In this document: positions 41,301-49,393 of the stretch, one piece after another
Layout of the letters: each line of letters begins with the position of its first letter
Numbering within the stretch: position 1 is the first letter of the stretch
Virus record (IMG/VR): IMGVR_UViG_3300030099_006533
Source of the DNA: a virus
Reading direction: 5' to 3' (one strand)
Length of the DNA: 64,000 bases
Made by a program: the position numbers and the translations under genes
Notes under the pieces: model-generated
Told to the model about the DNA's origin: nothing
Database searches by the model: none
Seen by the model: only the letters and a program-made list of their open reading frames with translations

Positions 41301-44300
41301 CTCGGCATGCCAAATCCTGAGCTTGACCAAGAACTACATAATTACCTTGATGATGTATACAGTGCATCTGCGCCCAAGGTAACATTATCAAAAAGACCAC
41401 TCTCTACTGTTGAGAGTATTGTCCCATTAAAGAATGGCCGCTTCAAATTAAAAGAAGATTATAGAAAACTTGCAATTCAACAAGCAATGACGCCTGCATC
41501 CGCGTCTGTTGGTGGCATTTCAAATGGCCTAGCATATTCTGGTGTGTTTGATCCAACCGGGTCTTTCCCGGGATATAAGCCCGGCTATTACACAGTAAAG
41601 GCAGATCTGAAGGATTTGCCCGGCTTGAAAGAATCAACAGCTACCTTTACCACCAACGCAGACGCCGATGGTATAATTACTGCTATTTTTATTTCAACAG
41701 TAGTAGAGCCTGCGGTTAATGTTGGCCGTTGGGATAAGAGAATCCCATTCGAAGCAATTATTAGTCCTGAAAATTATCTTAAAGATATTAAATTATACGA
41801 TTATACTGCTCATCCGTCAGCGTCTCTTGATGTAACTGCTTCTTGGGACGGTACTGGGGATGACATCTACTCATTGATGACAAATAACTTCCTAGCTTCA
41901 GTTCCCGACTTTTTCTTGAGAAACGGAAGCTTTACCTCAATTGCCTCCAGACCTCAAGACGAACTAAACCTATATGCAAATGCTGGCGATGTATATGGAA
42001 TGAGAATTAAAATGTATCGCTCACTAAACCGCCAGAGAGACTATTCTGCCGAACGAGTTGCTGCACTACGCGCCCTGCCATATGATGTGCCACAAGACCC
42101 GCAAGATGATATTGGGCTACACGAAACTTTTACAATGTACTCTCGCTCTTCAGCATTTGGATATCCGGTTCTTGGACGCACGCATACGATAAGAAATAAA
42201 ACAAGTGGTGACGCCGGCCACGTTAACAACGTTAATACGAATTCTCCCACCAATACTACCTATCCTTTTGCTATTGCTAGACAGCTCACTGCTTCATATG
42301 GCATGAATATCTCGGAAGAATATATCAACCTTGTAGGCGGCCAATATAGCACTTATGGTACCGATGAGTGTCCGCGTGTCCTCTTTGGCACAGGAAGTTT
42401 TAGGAGTACTGCTTCTGGTACGCTTGATAGTCTACAGGGGTACAACTGGTCATATACTCCCCCTTATATGCACGGCGAAGCGTGGTGTGACATTATTTTT
42501 AAACCGACAGTTTCAAAAACGTATTCTTTGGGTGAGATCTTAGACTCTGTAACAGTTGTACAAAGAAGAGTAGACCCTGGATTCCAGCATGTTACCGCTT
42601 CAACAGGTAACAAGTCTCCACAATTTATTCCAAATGGGTATCATAGCTCATCGTTGTATTCAGCAGAGAATATTAATGCGAACGCCATGCAGCTTGATTC
42701 ATGCTTAAACTTGCGCGGCCTAGGCAAAGTTAAGGCCTTTGCATATAGCAATGTCGGAGCCACGGGCCGCGCTCAAGTAGCTTCCGTTAAAAGAACGGTA
42801 GGTGATTCACCCGCATGGATCATCCAGCCTAAGTTTGAAACACCAATGTTGAACTTTAGTCCACTAACAGCAGACAAGGGGGGTACTGCGCCACGCCCGA
42901 TTACGGATGACCTACTCACACTTCCAGTTTATGGATCGGGAACTGTGGCTAGAGGAATGTGGCATCAATTCGGCACAATTCCAAACAAAAACGAAGGCGT
43001 ATGGCTTGAAGTTGGAGACATTCCAAAATCATGGCTTGAAAACCATCCCTCTGTTGAACAAGGGGCAGACTATGCACCGTTTAACGCTACAGGCTCCTTC
43101 GATCTTCACAGATACAGAAGACTCGATACTGGCGAAAGAATGAAATCGCTAGCTGGTTTTGTGGGAATGGACACGACACCCAAGCGCCTAGGAAACCTAA
43201 GAGATAAAATTACAGTCAGCGAAGCTGTTGTTGCCGTTCCGTTTATTGAAAAGAACAACCAAAGACACTTTTTCAAGATTGACCCTCATATGGTTGATAT
43301 TATTTTGGGCGAAGAGACATACAGAAGATCCGACCAGAGTGATGAGCCTGGAGATACTTTGCGAACACTAGTGCGACAAATGGACAAGTATGTGTTCCCT
43401 CCTGTTTTTGACTTTGTTAAGAATCGCAATCTGGTACAGCCAGTAGCAATGTATGTGTTTGAGTTTAACATGACATTTGATAAGAATGATTTGTCCTACA
43501 TTTGGCAAAACTTGATGCCACCCAGCGCTGAAAAGTTTACTACATCTACCTCTACTATTACTCACAACCTGTTAATTAACGAGCTAATGGGTTATTCTAA
43601 CAAAAAGACTGGTAAGCCTTTGAGTGACAAGGTTAAGTGGATGGTATTTAAGGTCAAGCAGCGCTCAAGTACAAATTACTACGATAAGGTCATAGCGTCA
43701 ACCCCAGAACTAGACAGGCTAGATAAGATCTCCAGAAGTAGACAGGTAACCTTGGGTTCCAACTCTGATGCTAAGTACGGATTTAACTGGCCTTATGACC
43801 ACTTTTCCATTGTAGAGATGGCACAGATTAAAGCGTCTGTAGAATTCAGTGCCTTGCCTCAAAACATTCCAACAATCTTGAAGGTTGGAGACGCCGGAAG
43901 TCGTCCCACGAAGCAAGGGCAATATGTGAAGCCGCCAATCCCTGGTCAAGGCGTGCTTGGCTCTACAAACCCTCGACTTGGCTCCTCTGGAGGCTCAACT
44001 CCCTCCTCTGGTCCATCCATCTCCGGTGTTGAGGTCACCCCGGGCCCCCTTCAGCCTCCCGACTTTCCTAGCGCCGACAGGTCTGGATTGATGCTGGACC
44101 CTAGTCGCACACCCGGGTTCGCGCCCAGCCCGGCCGAACGCCTTCTTGACCCATCGCTTCAAGAAGTAACTGGCATTACCAATGAGGAGATTCTGTACGA
44201 CATGGACAGATATTCTTCTGGGCCGCTAGCAGGCGTTGATGTAACTGCCGGCCCATTTGTGCAACCGGCCGATGATGGAACTACACCGGAAATTCTAATT

Positions 44301-44453
44301 AATGTTGCTGGCGGCGGCAGCCCTGGGCTTTCTGATATTAACGTCGGAAATTACGACAGCGGATTTAAAGATACTCTGACAGGTGTAGGCTCTCTCGCAG
44401 ACTTTGCGCTTGTCGGCTCACCACTTTCTGGTTACGGGTATGGTGGCTACTAA
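32358..44453 (+). CDS. Giant (4031-aa) baseplate wedge gp7/gpI-like protein with LamG lectin-like domains
   Basis: YKSKGT..SIR.II..FG at 34140-34193; LamG patterns at ~32940-33640 (TVEFW, WNHYA, LDEFRYW) and ~38090-38790 (TVATW, HEMAMW, LVSWWRMGD); Ser/Thr/Gly-rich. Confidence 0.8.
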   Translation: MGIKDLFEKPQQILTSEDAENITKDKVESIEYLDAALRDKERFEPFINYESASNFAYFGSAEKYYDDAIKAIYREYPYDGSDHEIKEYTLRLNYLTKHVLDNQYPRTNGYVTLGKSATYTGAISGSYGPVSSNEYIQVFGGPQTGSHIQYDILSSTGQPIHSVFDYANKLQTDPYALTGLNQGTNPGSRLSNLRLSPTNGVTVEFWLNKAASNASNTKREVVFDLWNGKSQDDDSYGRLLIELTSSATDPVRVTLISGSTSVSDLAVAPAGWASSNVVGNGWNHYALSLESSGTTTTFRFYQNGDLLRTQDQTTADALTEVTGGLRANLGALQTGTTLGGNLGYGLLSGSLDEFRYWTTKRTSEQIGRNWFTQVRGGTNNEPYNTGLGVYFKFNEGIVEDDDTDKRILDYSGRISNGTWVGYPGSTSRNTGSAIVESLAAPSEYKDPIIYKDHPTVVSLTTELKASGSAWDDNNNAYFLNSIPEFIREMDETSPGDGSLTNVTQLMGSYFDTIHHLIGALPKLRATSYLTASAKPYPFATHLLESVGMNAPHMFVQANVLESISARDEDRNYTRDITEVKNLIYQNIYNNLTYIYKSKGTEKSIRNIIRCFGVDEELVRLNLYSTNTTYELKQNTRTKSTRRKFVTFNDPDKFDTNVYQFADPNNANSVGYITGSGVTTVTASLGHEELLGMTAEADFIFPEKLTIKDVGYFPTPFTKSSLFGMHSANGDSLTVPSPDYSNFQVLAIRPSEESQHVYFMLTSSAGMLPELTSSIYLETYSNKRWSLSVRVAPTIPVTNITTGSNISPTYDVHFYGVNIEGGIVENEFHVSGTVEGHVGRNFLRSSKRLYVGADRQNYTGTTITNSDVKASSVKYWASFLENEDLISHAKDPENYGITDPYKSLNLYTKEMGGIYVPKIDTLALNWTFDNVVSASSDPADPSTSDSFFFVDDYSSGSSDIVSENRYGWLTPIIMNQHSGKGDSFLPPESGDVPPIDVEYISTARQTGPEVLNTSDAVQILTQDDDKFTREHSIIQHYYAIEKSMYQTISEEMLNMFASVVDFNNLIGDPVNRYRQEYKDLGKLRQLFYERIGNTPDLDRYIEFYKWIDSAVTTVIQQLIPASAEVSEELHNMVESHVLERNKYWTKFPTIEFKQSDPEAGLRGVTELTYDWKHGHHPVVGDQSDNAVYWKERAERTGAGNLPLEGDASEEVNSDKEEIRKALVTHRSPDQNSLAKPDGTTYSGRTYALRRFTKPYRFQIDEVPEYRSGTNLARNNRADVAKAALEVGGPSTVSSSFVLLGNNMPDIPTNVIVVDGREIKEFKDVNDNDALNTKKIYKGEAIYGKAQTYDQLYDNTYAVTTIAKAVPARILSSSVDSGFNAEWIGTEGLGSTRGGFLTGSTITNIHHDTYGRDQEAPLQGPFTNKYVGGKQSRHVRLNPGTDSFANRPEEWRILIGKAGNPTPLTGAFGFVAQDYPFPDIGRDPVAATGVVAFANSPAPADGDTITISDGVNATIFEFDTNGSVTAGRTAVDISSASNADQRAIALRDAVNSVSGLYVNASTDGVNVNLENTRYGAPGSIGNAILGTVGNVAITTSLTGVPLTVTGMSGGKDPIILNYHAPKATRYREELVKRPVNIKNILQTTASVDTVISDARDHGPIGNYRRNYEIVQTSPRSVNNLYLREPDQAVLTKSEIDMIRPRKPMMDEGREWVRDYDTSGIQDATLPTRTTNETVIVTRFSAPGGFESISRGYLDPAHEEMSPNDVITFRNRLVRGEHQYIATSASIATSSLMTNAEFSGTLFQTGAVGSIYRVSDIHGEPWGLRTHLTRWTSRFGRDSARHYDIDSFSIQPGQLLEEHPGFHKVHRNRTRQNSFITDRTETVTTTTTGVRSATGITFRPGSAGTSGDTFKLQNPNISNMGTTKFTVATWVTFNQEQPNEAALFSLGDTHQKSIASNRPVFLVTVDANEKINLKVFNNTTTKHKHWQTAPNAITASQLHNIIVSYDGTDASNVPLLYVDNHEQTLSTSHVSPAATMNQISNGSYINVGAGNVGGTWGTIKDTTIHEMAMWKEALGSVEFRQIYARGQMPNLTESNGAHPLDGTTFSSKVTDHLVSWWRMGDHTSDPANDAALHVSGALVKDVLANNHLGSMGSVTEITRSTYASVNIAAASNAVYTYGDNYQFHDESKYDNYYIQHTLPRNHTNYSWIRKSVAPSYYSKGFPTASNSIPFITASDYHSVLEPEGHGEREFGVAKDGVSSRLAARDQGSILFTDFAGMNSHVVEPSDAADNVLGHAAGTDLAPSNPGTEYETSTYINSTFLSKPLDNTPTTSSAPLVFNALILHRQGPYGWPTWKQIRGATHPLVRYQSRRTNSWTYIRPDAPELAISSSTGLRTIRPRHGLLHRVNRVTPLTTKFFPLRSSVSVSTPINNKFGKTIVRSLPVDILTPFGNEMNYFNIKKIDKDFNLFKTTPAVYEEVKGMYTRGALETSISPVTEIKKFEYSEIIYPSEENMYLNEVRQKADYQNNFWIGGQQNRLDRAGPTIHGRTTYGKLAQWASDESAASIWPLDTSTGSMNNLVDDSKSITNQRFYLRWGHVDEQSRLFGAGEGELVNRWSYPLKWSGGKFTHSSGSVSASTARLQPEAGPQYAMPQMLHATSSISSPTQPPLVTSSGSRGQEILGIRVTEDPNLYPDGPHFSDANTANPSTPLPLSDERNWLGYIPIFATQTAWDAPTLAGKVEERNLLNTTRALAANVQTVKFVSQSSTPWQSDYDEFKKDVRTKAKDYTVVPEFRIEDHLKDYILNKGSDFLAEQNSLFRMVGMPSGSDAQAANSAEQNFFKVYGTTDFLKHFEVLKNDLEEHYEPSALTLQCNAYLKFNPYDGFYPATRTLQLAAALSASYGQHIKYSGPGLLDPNGDRSTNFDEPIYGETAGVNTDLAFRNFITPLFAPGIMFNTIKSGIACDWPVMLTGSKIYKVRCGASDYWGLGMPNPELDQELHNYLDDVYSASAPKVTLSKRPLSTVESIVPLKNGRFKLKEDYRKLAIQQAMTPASASVGGISNGLAYSGVFDPTGSFPGYKPGYYTVKADLKDLPGLKESTATFTTNADADGIITAIFISTVVEPAVNVGRWDKRIPFEAIISPENYLKDIKLYDYTAHPSASLDVTASWDGTGDDIYSLMTNNFLASVPDFFLRNGSFTSIASRPQDELNLYANAGDVYGMRIKMYRSLNRQRDYSAERVAALRALPYDVPQDPQDDIGLHETFTMYSRSSAFGYPVLGRTHTIRNKTSGDAGHVNNVNTNSPTNTTYPFAIARQLTASYGMNISEEYINLVGGQYSTYGTDECPRVLFGTGSFRSTASGTLDSLQGYNWSYTPPYMHGEAWCDIIFKPTVSKTYSLGEILDSVTVVQRRVDPGFQHVTASTGNKSPQFIPNGYHSSSLYSAENINANAMQLDSCLNLRGLGKVKAFAYSNVGATGRAQVASVKRTVGDSPAWIIQPKFETPMLNFSPLTADKGGTAPRPITDDLLTLPVYGSGTVARGMWHQFGTIPNKNEGVWLEVGDIPKSWLENHPSVEQGADYAPFNATGSFDLHRYRRLDTGERMKSLAGFVGMDTTPKRLGNLRDKITVSEAVVAVPFIEKNNQRHFFKIDPHMVDIILGEETYRRSDQSDEPGDTLRTLVRQMDKYVFPPVFDFVKNRNLVQPVAMYVFEFNMTFDKNDLSYIWQNLMPPSAEKFTTSTSTITHNLLINELMGYSNKKTGKPLSDKVKWMVFKVKQRSSTNYYDKVIASTPELDRLDKISRSRQVTLGSNSDAKYGFNWPYDHFSIVEMAQIKASVEFSALPQNIPTILKVGDAGSRPTKQGQYVKPPIPGQGVLGSTNPRLGSSGGSTPSSGPSISGVEVTPGPLQPPDFPSADRSGLMLDPSRTPGFAPSPAERLLDPSLQEVTGITNEEILYDMDRYSSGPLAGVDVTAGPFVQPADDGTTPEILINVAGGGSPGLSDINVGNYDSGFKDTLTGVGSLADFALVGSPLSGYGYGGY

Positions 44454-44501
44454 TTTTAAAAAAGCTTGACTATGTATCATTTGAAAAGGAACGATCAATA
44501 A

Positions 44502-45545
44502 ATGGCATTTTTCAATAAAAAAGAAGATGTTATAGATATTAAGCTCACACAATACGGAAAGAGCTTGTTGGCCAAAGGAAAATTCAAGCCAGTATCCTAT
44601 GCATTCTTTGATGACAATGTTCTGTATGATATTGCTTATGCTGGTGACAGTGAGGATCAGAACGACATAGAGCCTAGAATCCAAGAAGATACCCCATCTT
44701 TACGAGCCCAGCACATTTTTTACGGTGCAGAAACCGAAGTGAAACGAATCGTCAATGAAGTCCGCGGCACAAATGGTGAAGTTCCAACAGTACAGCCAGT
44801 GGCAGACAAACATTATGCTTTATCAGCCCCGCTAGGAACTTCTGCTCTACACACTACGGAGATTCCAGCATGGCAAATTAGATTTTTTGGCTCAGAACTA
44901 TTGGGTTCTATAGAGTATGCAACGGGTTCTCATCCAACAACAAAGATTCCGCAACTAAGATCGGAAATCGTTTACAAAACACAAATACGAGACGTAAATG
45001 CACCAGCACCAGTTCGCCAAGAATCAATGAGAATGGCCCAGCAAGAATATACAGACACTACGTCTTTGTTTCAAGACGGTACATATTTCTACACAGTAGG
45101 CGATCAGCTATTGATTGAGATTGATGAAAAAAATACAGACTTCATGAATGACAATTTTATGATTGAAATTTTTGAAGTAGAGGAAGTTGATGTATCTGGG
45201 AGCATTAGCACACCCTCAGTCTTGAACCCAACAAAAAAAGAGGTGTTGAGACCATTGAATTTTAGAAAAAAAAGAAGTAACGTGGTCAACAATGTTTTGG
45301 TTGATTATGACGACACTCGGGCTACGCCTGAATCTATGGATGACGTTTCATACTATTTTGATGTACGAGTAGATTCTGAAATTCCAACAGAAACTCTGTG
45401 CGCTATTTATCAACAGCTAAAGTCTGCCGGCGAAGAACTCGGTTCTCTAGAAACACTAGACTTAAACTGCCCAGAAGCAGAGGTACCATTTAACCTATAC
45501 GCCAGCAATATTACTGATGAGGATATTGAAGAATGCAAAGATTAA
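44502..45545 (+). CDS. Baseplate/fibre-attachment structural protein
   Basis: N-terminus MAFFNKKEDVIDIKLTQYGKSLLAKG..K...YAFFDD is paralogous to the 51962 N-terminus. Confidence 0.7.
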   Translation: MAFFNKKEDVIDIKLTQYGKSLLAKGKFKPVSYAFFDDNVLYDIAYAGDSEDQNDIEPRIQEDTPSLRAQHIFYGAETEVKRIVNEVRGTNGEVPTVQPVADKHYALSAPLGTSALHTTEIPAWQIRFFGSELLGSIEYATGSHPTTKIPQLRSEIVYKTQIRDVNAPAPVRQESMRMAQQEYTDTTSLFQDGTYFYTVGDQLLIEIDEKNTDFMNDNFMIEIFEVEEVDVSGSISTPSVLNPTKKEVLRPLNFRKKRSNVVNNVLVDYDDTRATPESMDDVSYYFDVRVDSEIPTETLCAIYQQLKSAGEELGSLETLDLNCPEAEVPFNLYASNITDEDIEECKD

Positions 45546-48500
45546 CACCAGTTTCGGGTCAGCCAATGATGCAAGGTGTTTTGCCAACACCTCGTATCCG
45601 ACAAGTAAAGTTGTCATACTCTCCTCTGCCTCCTCGTGTTAACAATCCACACATTGATCACGAACGCGAAGTTATCATTTATAAAGATCGTGCAGGCAAG
45701 CAAAAGCTAAAACATCCTGGGTTTTTAGTCAAAAAAGATCCTAGAAATCTTTTAGTTGAAGTTACCGTGGTCCTTATGGACGAAATTAAGCAGAACGGTC
45801 AATCAAATTGGGTTTATGAACAAGATCTTGTAAAGTACATGCACCTACAGCTGGTTCATTCCGAAAACAAAGAATTTACAAAGATGCTGAAAAGTGGTCA
45901 AGTAACTCCGGTCCCTTCTGAGATTAACAAGCATCGCCCAAACAACAACACAGTAAAAGTAGAAACTAGATCTTTATCTAATATTGTGGGCCTAGAAGGT
46001 TTTTACAAGGACGAAAACTTTGAACCAGGGACTCAAGAATTAGTGCTTAAGTTTAAGTTTGCTGTTAATACAGCAAGCCCTGAGCATCTTACCTATTTTA
46101 CAAATGTATATTTTGATGTTGAGCAGATGGCTAACGATTATAGCTTAAATTTGTCAAAAGAGATGTTGTTCTCTTCATGTGGCAATACAACTGTTGAAGC
46201 TGTCTACAGGGATGGCCAACGTGTTAGCACAGCAAAGATGTATATGTCCGCAGGTACATCCAACGCATACGCTGGCCCGGTGTACAAGGTCGCTTCTAAT
46301 AAATACATCCCAGCAAACACCTTAAACGATAATTTGATTCGTAGAGATATGCTGCAAGTTTTAGCATCCCTGCCAAATGTACCAGCAAACTCTACAGGTG
46401 CACAGTACAAAAAACATCTTGAAAATATCACAAAGAAAGATTCGGACAAGCACACAAAGTATGAACAAGTTAAAAAAATGTTGTCAAGTTGGAAGAAAAG
46501 AAGCCCAAACACAATGTCTGGACGAATTTATGATCTTGTGCATGGAAAAATGAAATTGTACAACAACATCATTAACAAAGCTTCAACTTTAAATGTAAAA
46601 GTTATTTCAAACTCAACGATTAAAGATGAAAGAACGATTGAACAATTAAGCATAATTCCAAATCTTATACCGCAGCCAAGTGACGAAGATGCGGCCACAG
46701 TAGATATCCGCAACAAAGATTATAATACTACGTCTGCAACTATAGGCCACAAGCAACCTGCTGCAAGATATTTTAGCCCTTGTATGTTAACAAGAGACTC
46801 GATGAGTTCTTGTCGTCTAAGTTTTGTTCTTGACTGGTACCTGTTGGCGGTAGAATCTAGCGCACATAAAAACATGATTCAGCGCTCCTCAAGAGACATA
46901 CAACAACTACTGTTTTCAAAAATTAGCCTGCAAGGCGCACGCTTGATCAGGGAGCGTATCGATGACGAGAAAGTCCTTCAGCAGTTTGATAACCACATGA
47001 CTCGCGACAGAGAATCGATTGTAGAAGTGATTGCACACGCCACTCCGCAAAGTAATGGTATGTTGGCCGGCCACCGCTTTAAAAAAAGTATATCTTCAAC
47101 AGAAGATAAGAGAGTGGGAACCTTTTCAGAAATTTCATTGGCCGGAATCACTAGTAACAACAGAAGAGCTTTTGCTGCAAGAGACGTTTCCGTAGCTAAT
47201 AGAAAGACTGGTAGCTTTCGCTATAGGGTGGAACTACAATACATTGACAAAATTAGTGAATTCTTGTATGAAAAAATAAAAGAGCTTCGCAAAGCTAGCC
47301 GCCGTATTAGAGACTATTATAATATGTCTAATTTGGCTTGCAATTATGATGAGGCAAACGACAGGTTCTCTGAGTTTTACATTTCAGGGCTGTATAAAAA
47401 GTATTCGTTCCCCAACCCAGATGTGGTAGCTGCAATGACTCAGCAAGAGTTAACAGTAATGCTGCAGAACGGCTCTATTACTACTGCGCCTTGGATCACA
47501 CCGATTGCGAAATATGTTGAAATCTTACAAATTGTAGCAGCACTATCTTCTGCTGATGCTACCGAGTTAGCTAAAAAAATGTACTTAGAGCTAGAGCCTT
47601 CTTTTGCGACTCCCGATTCAATCTTGACCACTGTAAACAGATTTGAAAGCTTAGAACAGCAGATAATTGACATGATCCTAATCGATGAACCGGCCACGGC
47701 CAGCTATCTTAGCGACAATTCAAAGATTGTTCGAAAATTAACAAAATCACAAACTGTGTCTTATCTGTTTCCTGAAGTTTACAACAACAAGACCCTTTCA
47801 AATGTGGGTACAAAATACTTGTATTACGATCAGGAAACCGAACCCGGCCTTGCTAAGATTACGAGAAATGATTTCATTAAACGTATGGCTGAAGAAGAGG
47901 TCCGATTTTATACGAATCAACCGGCTGGCTCAAAGGATGCAATTCAAGATATGCTGACATATAGATATTCGTATATTGCGCCTGCACATATCAAAGTGGG
48001 TTCTCGTAATTTAATGCTGCTTAATAGGGGGCCGGCCTTATACGAAACAGAACAATACAAAGACATGATGTTTAGCATTTCATTGTTGCAAGCTCACCCC
48101 GCAGCCCGGTCTATGACGATGCCTGTGTTAAACTTTAGCCCTGGCACGTTTGATCCTACGACAACGGCGGACCTACAAGCAGCCAAGATTAACGCTGCAG
48201 CTACCTCGCTACTGTCGCTCTATGGGATTACAATTTCGGCACAGACGCCATATTTATCCACTAGGCTTACCGACAGTGACCCCCTTGTAGAAGTCACATC
48301 TATTTTGGGAGAAAACACTCTTTTAGCAATTAGAAATGCCATATCGTCCTCTGCCGAAGAATCTGCGGATCTAGATGACATTGGTACGATCAAGCCAGAT
48401 ATGCAAATCAGTGTTGCGGATGTAAGCTCAATTGCATCATCATTGGTCGGAACCCTTGCATCTACTGGTCTGCAAAACTTTTTAGGAACAAAATCTGCGT

Positions 48501-49393
48501 ACTCGCAAGTTGCCACAATCGATATGGAATCACGCCAGAAAATGCAGTTTGCAAAAACTTTAGAATTTTTTGATATTGCAAATCCTAAAAACGCAATTTC
48601 TGCCCAAACAACTTATCAAACTGGCCCTGAAAGCGGAACTAAGATTAGAAAAATTCCAAACCAAGTAAAAAGCCTATTTCTTGCAAAAACAAATCAAGTT
48701 GCTCCTGCCAAGCAGTGGCACACGATGGAGGTTGACCCAATAGCATCACCAGATACCAGGCCCTTGTTCGAACTTTTATATTTTAATCTTCAAAAGATTG
48801 AAGTATTAAAAGGTTTTTCTACCAATGCATTAAACAACAGATTGATGAAGGCACCGATATATGAGCTACTAACCGCGGACCACCTAAATGGAAAGGGGCA
48901 ATTGCTTTGCAAATTAACAAGATACAGAAACGATACGCTTCATATCGGAGACTCACAATTGCTAGACCTGCCGGTCTATAATCAATATTTTATTCTAGAC
49001 TTAAGCTCAAATAACACAGTAGCCTCCAACAACATTGCTGAATCTGGCCTTTATACGGCCGGCGGAGAATACCAAACACCAGACGGAACTAATTATATTG
49101 GTGATTATCACATTCACAAAGATAAAACAGCTATGACCGGCAAAGAAATGTCAGCAGGAGAAGTAGTGTTGACTCCATACAGTAAGACAACTACAGACCA
49201 GGGCTTTGCAGCCGCCCAGTTAAATGCAAAAATGGCCCCGTCAATGTCAGAGATACAATCGCAAGTTGTAACAACAATGATAACTGAACACTATACCCAA
49301 AAGGATGTACAGACAGATTACTGTGCCACTGAAGATGTAATTTTAGCAGTAGGCGCCCAGGACTATATTAAACTTAGCGGAGGCAGCTTTTAA
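45533..49393 (+). CDS. Large virion structural protein (1286 aa)
   Basis: Within the structural operon; Ig/FN3-like RYRVEL strand; C-terminal LYT.GGEY...Y.G.YHIH module. Confidence 0.7.
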   Translation: MQRLTPVSGQPMMQGVLPTPRIRQVKLSYSPLPPRVNNPHIDHEREVIIYKDRAGKQKLKHPGFLVKKDPRNLLVEVTVVLMDEIKQNGQSNWVYEQDLVKYMHLQLVHSENKEFTKMLKSGQVTPVPSEINKHRPNNNTVKVETRSLSNIVGLEGFYKDENFEPGTQELVLKFKFAVNTASPEHLTYFTNVYFDVEQMANDYSLNLSKEMLFSSCGNTTVEAVYRDGQRVSTAKMYMSAGTSNAYAGPVYKVASNKYIPANTLNDNLIRRDMLQVLASLPNVPANSTGAQYKKHLENITKKDSDKHTKYEQVKKMLSSWKKRSPNTMSGRIYDLVHGKMKLYNNIINKASTLNVKVISNSTIKDERTIEQLSIIPNLIPQPSDEDAATVDIRNKDYNTTSATIGHKQPAARYFSPCMLTRDSMSSCRLSFVLDWYLLAVESSAHKNMIQRSSRDIQQLLFSKISLQGARLIRERIDDEKVLQQFDNHMTRDRESIVEVIAHATPQSNGMLAGHRFKKSISSTEDKRVGTFSEISLAGITSNNRRAFAARDVSVANRKTGSFRYRVELQYIDKISEFLYEKIKELRKASRRIRDYYNMSNLACNYDEANDRFSEFYISGLYKKYSFPNPDVVAAMTQQELTVMLQNGSITTAPWITPIAKYVEILQIVAALSSADATELAKKMYLELEPSFATPDSILTTVNRFESLEQQIIDMILIDEPATASYLSDNSKIVRKLTKSQTVSYLFPEVYNNKTLSNVGTKYLYYDQETEPGLAKITRNDFIKRMAEEEVRFYTNQPAGSKDAIQDMLTYRYSYIAPAHIKVGSRNLMLLNRGPALYETEQYKDMMFSISLLQAHPAARSMTMPVLNFSPGTFDPTTTADLQAAKINAAATSLLSLYGITISAQTPYLSTRLTDSDPLVEVTSILGENTLLAIRNAISSSAEESADLDDIGTIKPDMQISVADVSSIASSLVGTLASTGLQNFLGTKSAYSQVATIDMESRQKMQFAKTLEFFDIANPKNAISAQTTYQTGPESGTKIRKIPNQVKSLFLAKTNQVAPAKQWHTMEVDPIASPDTRPLFELLYFNLQKIEVLKGFSTNALNNRLMKAPIYELLTADHLNGKGQLLCKLTRYRNDTLHIGDSQLLDLPVYNQYFILDLSSNNTVASNNIAESGLYTAGGEYQTPDGTNYIGDYHIHKDKTAMTGKEMSAGEVVLTPYSKTTTDQGFAAAQLNAKMAPSMSEIQSQVVTTMITEHYTQKDVQTDYCATEDVILAVGAQDYIKLSGGSF

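Noticed and set aside
44466-44494. TTGACT as a sigma70 -35 before 44502
   Set aside because: No -10 at 16-18 nt; the overlapping CTATGTATC fits the late-type motif better.
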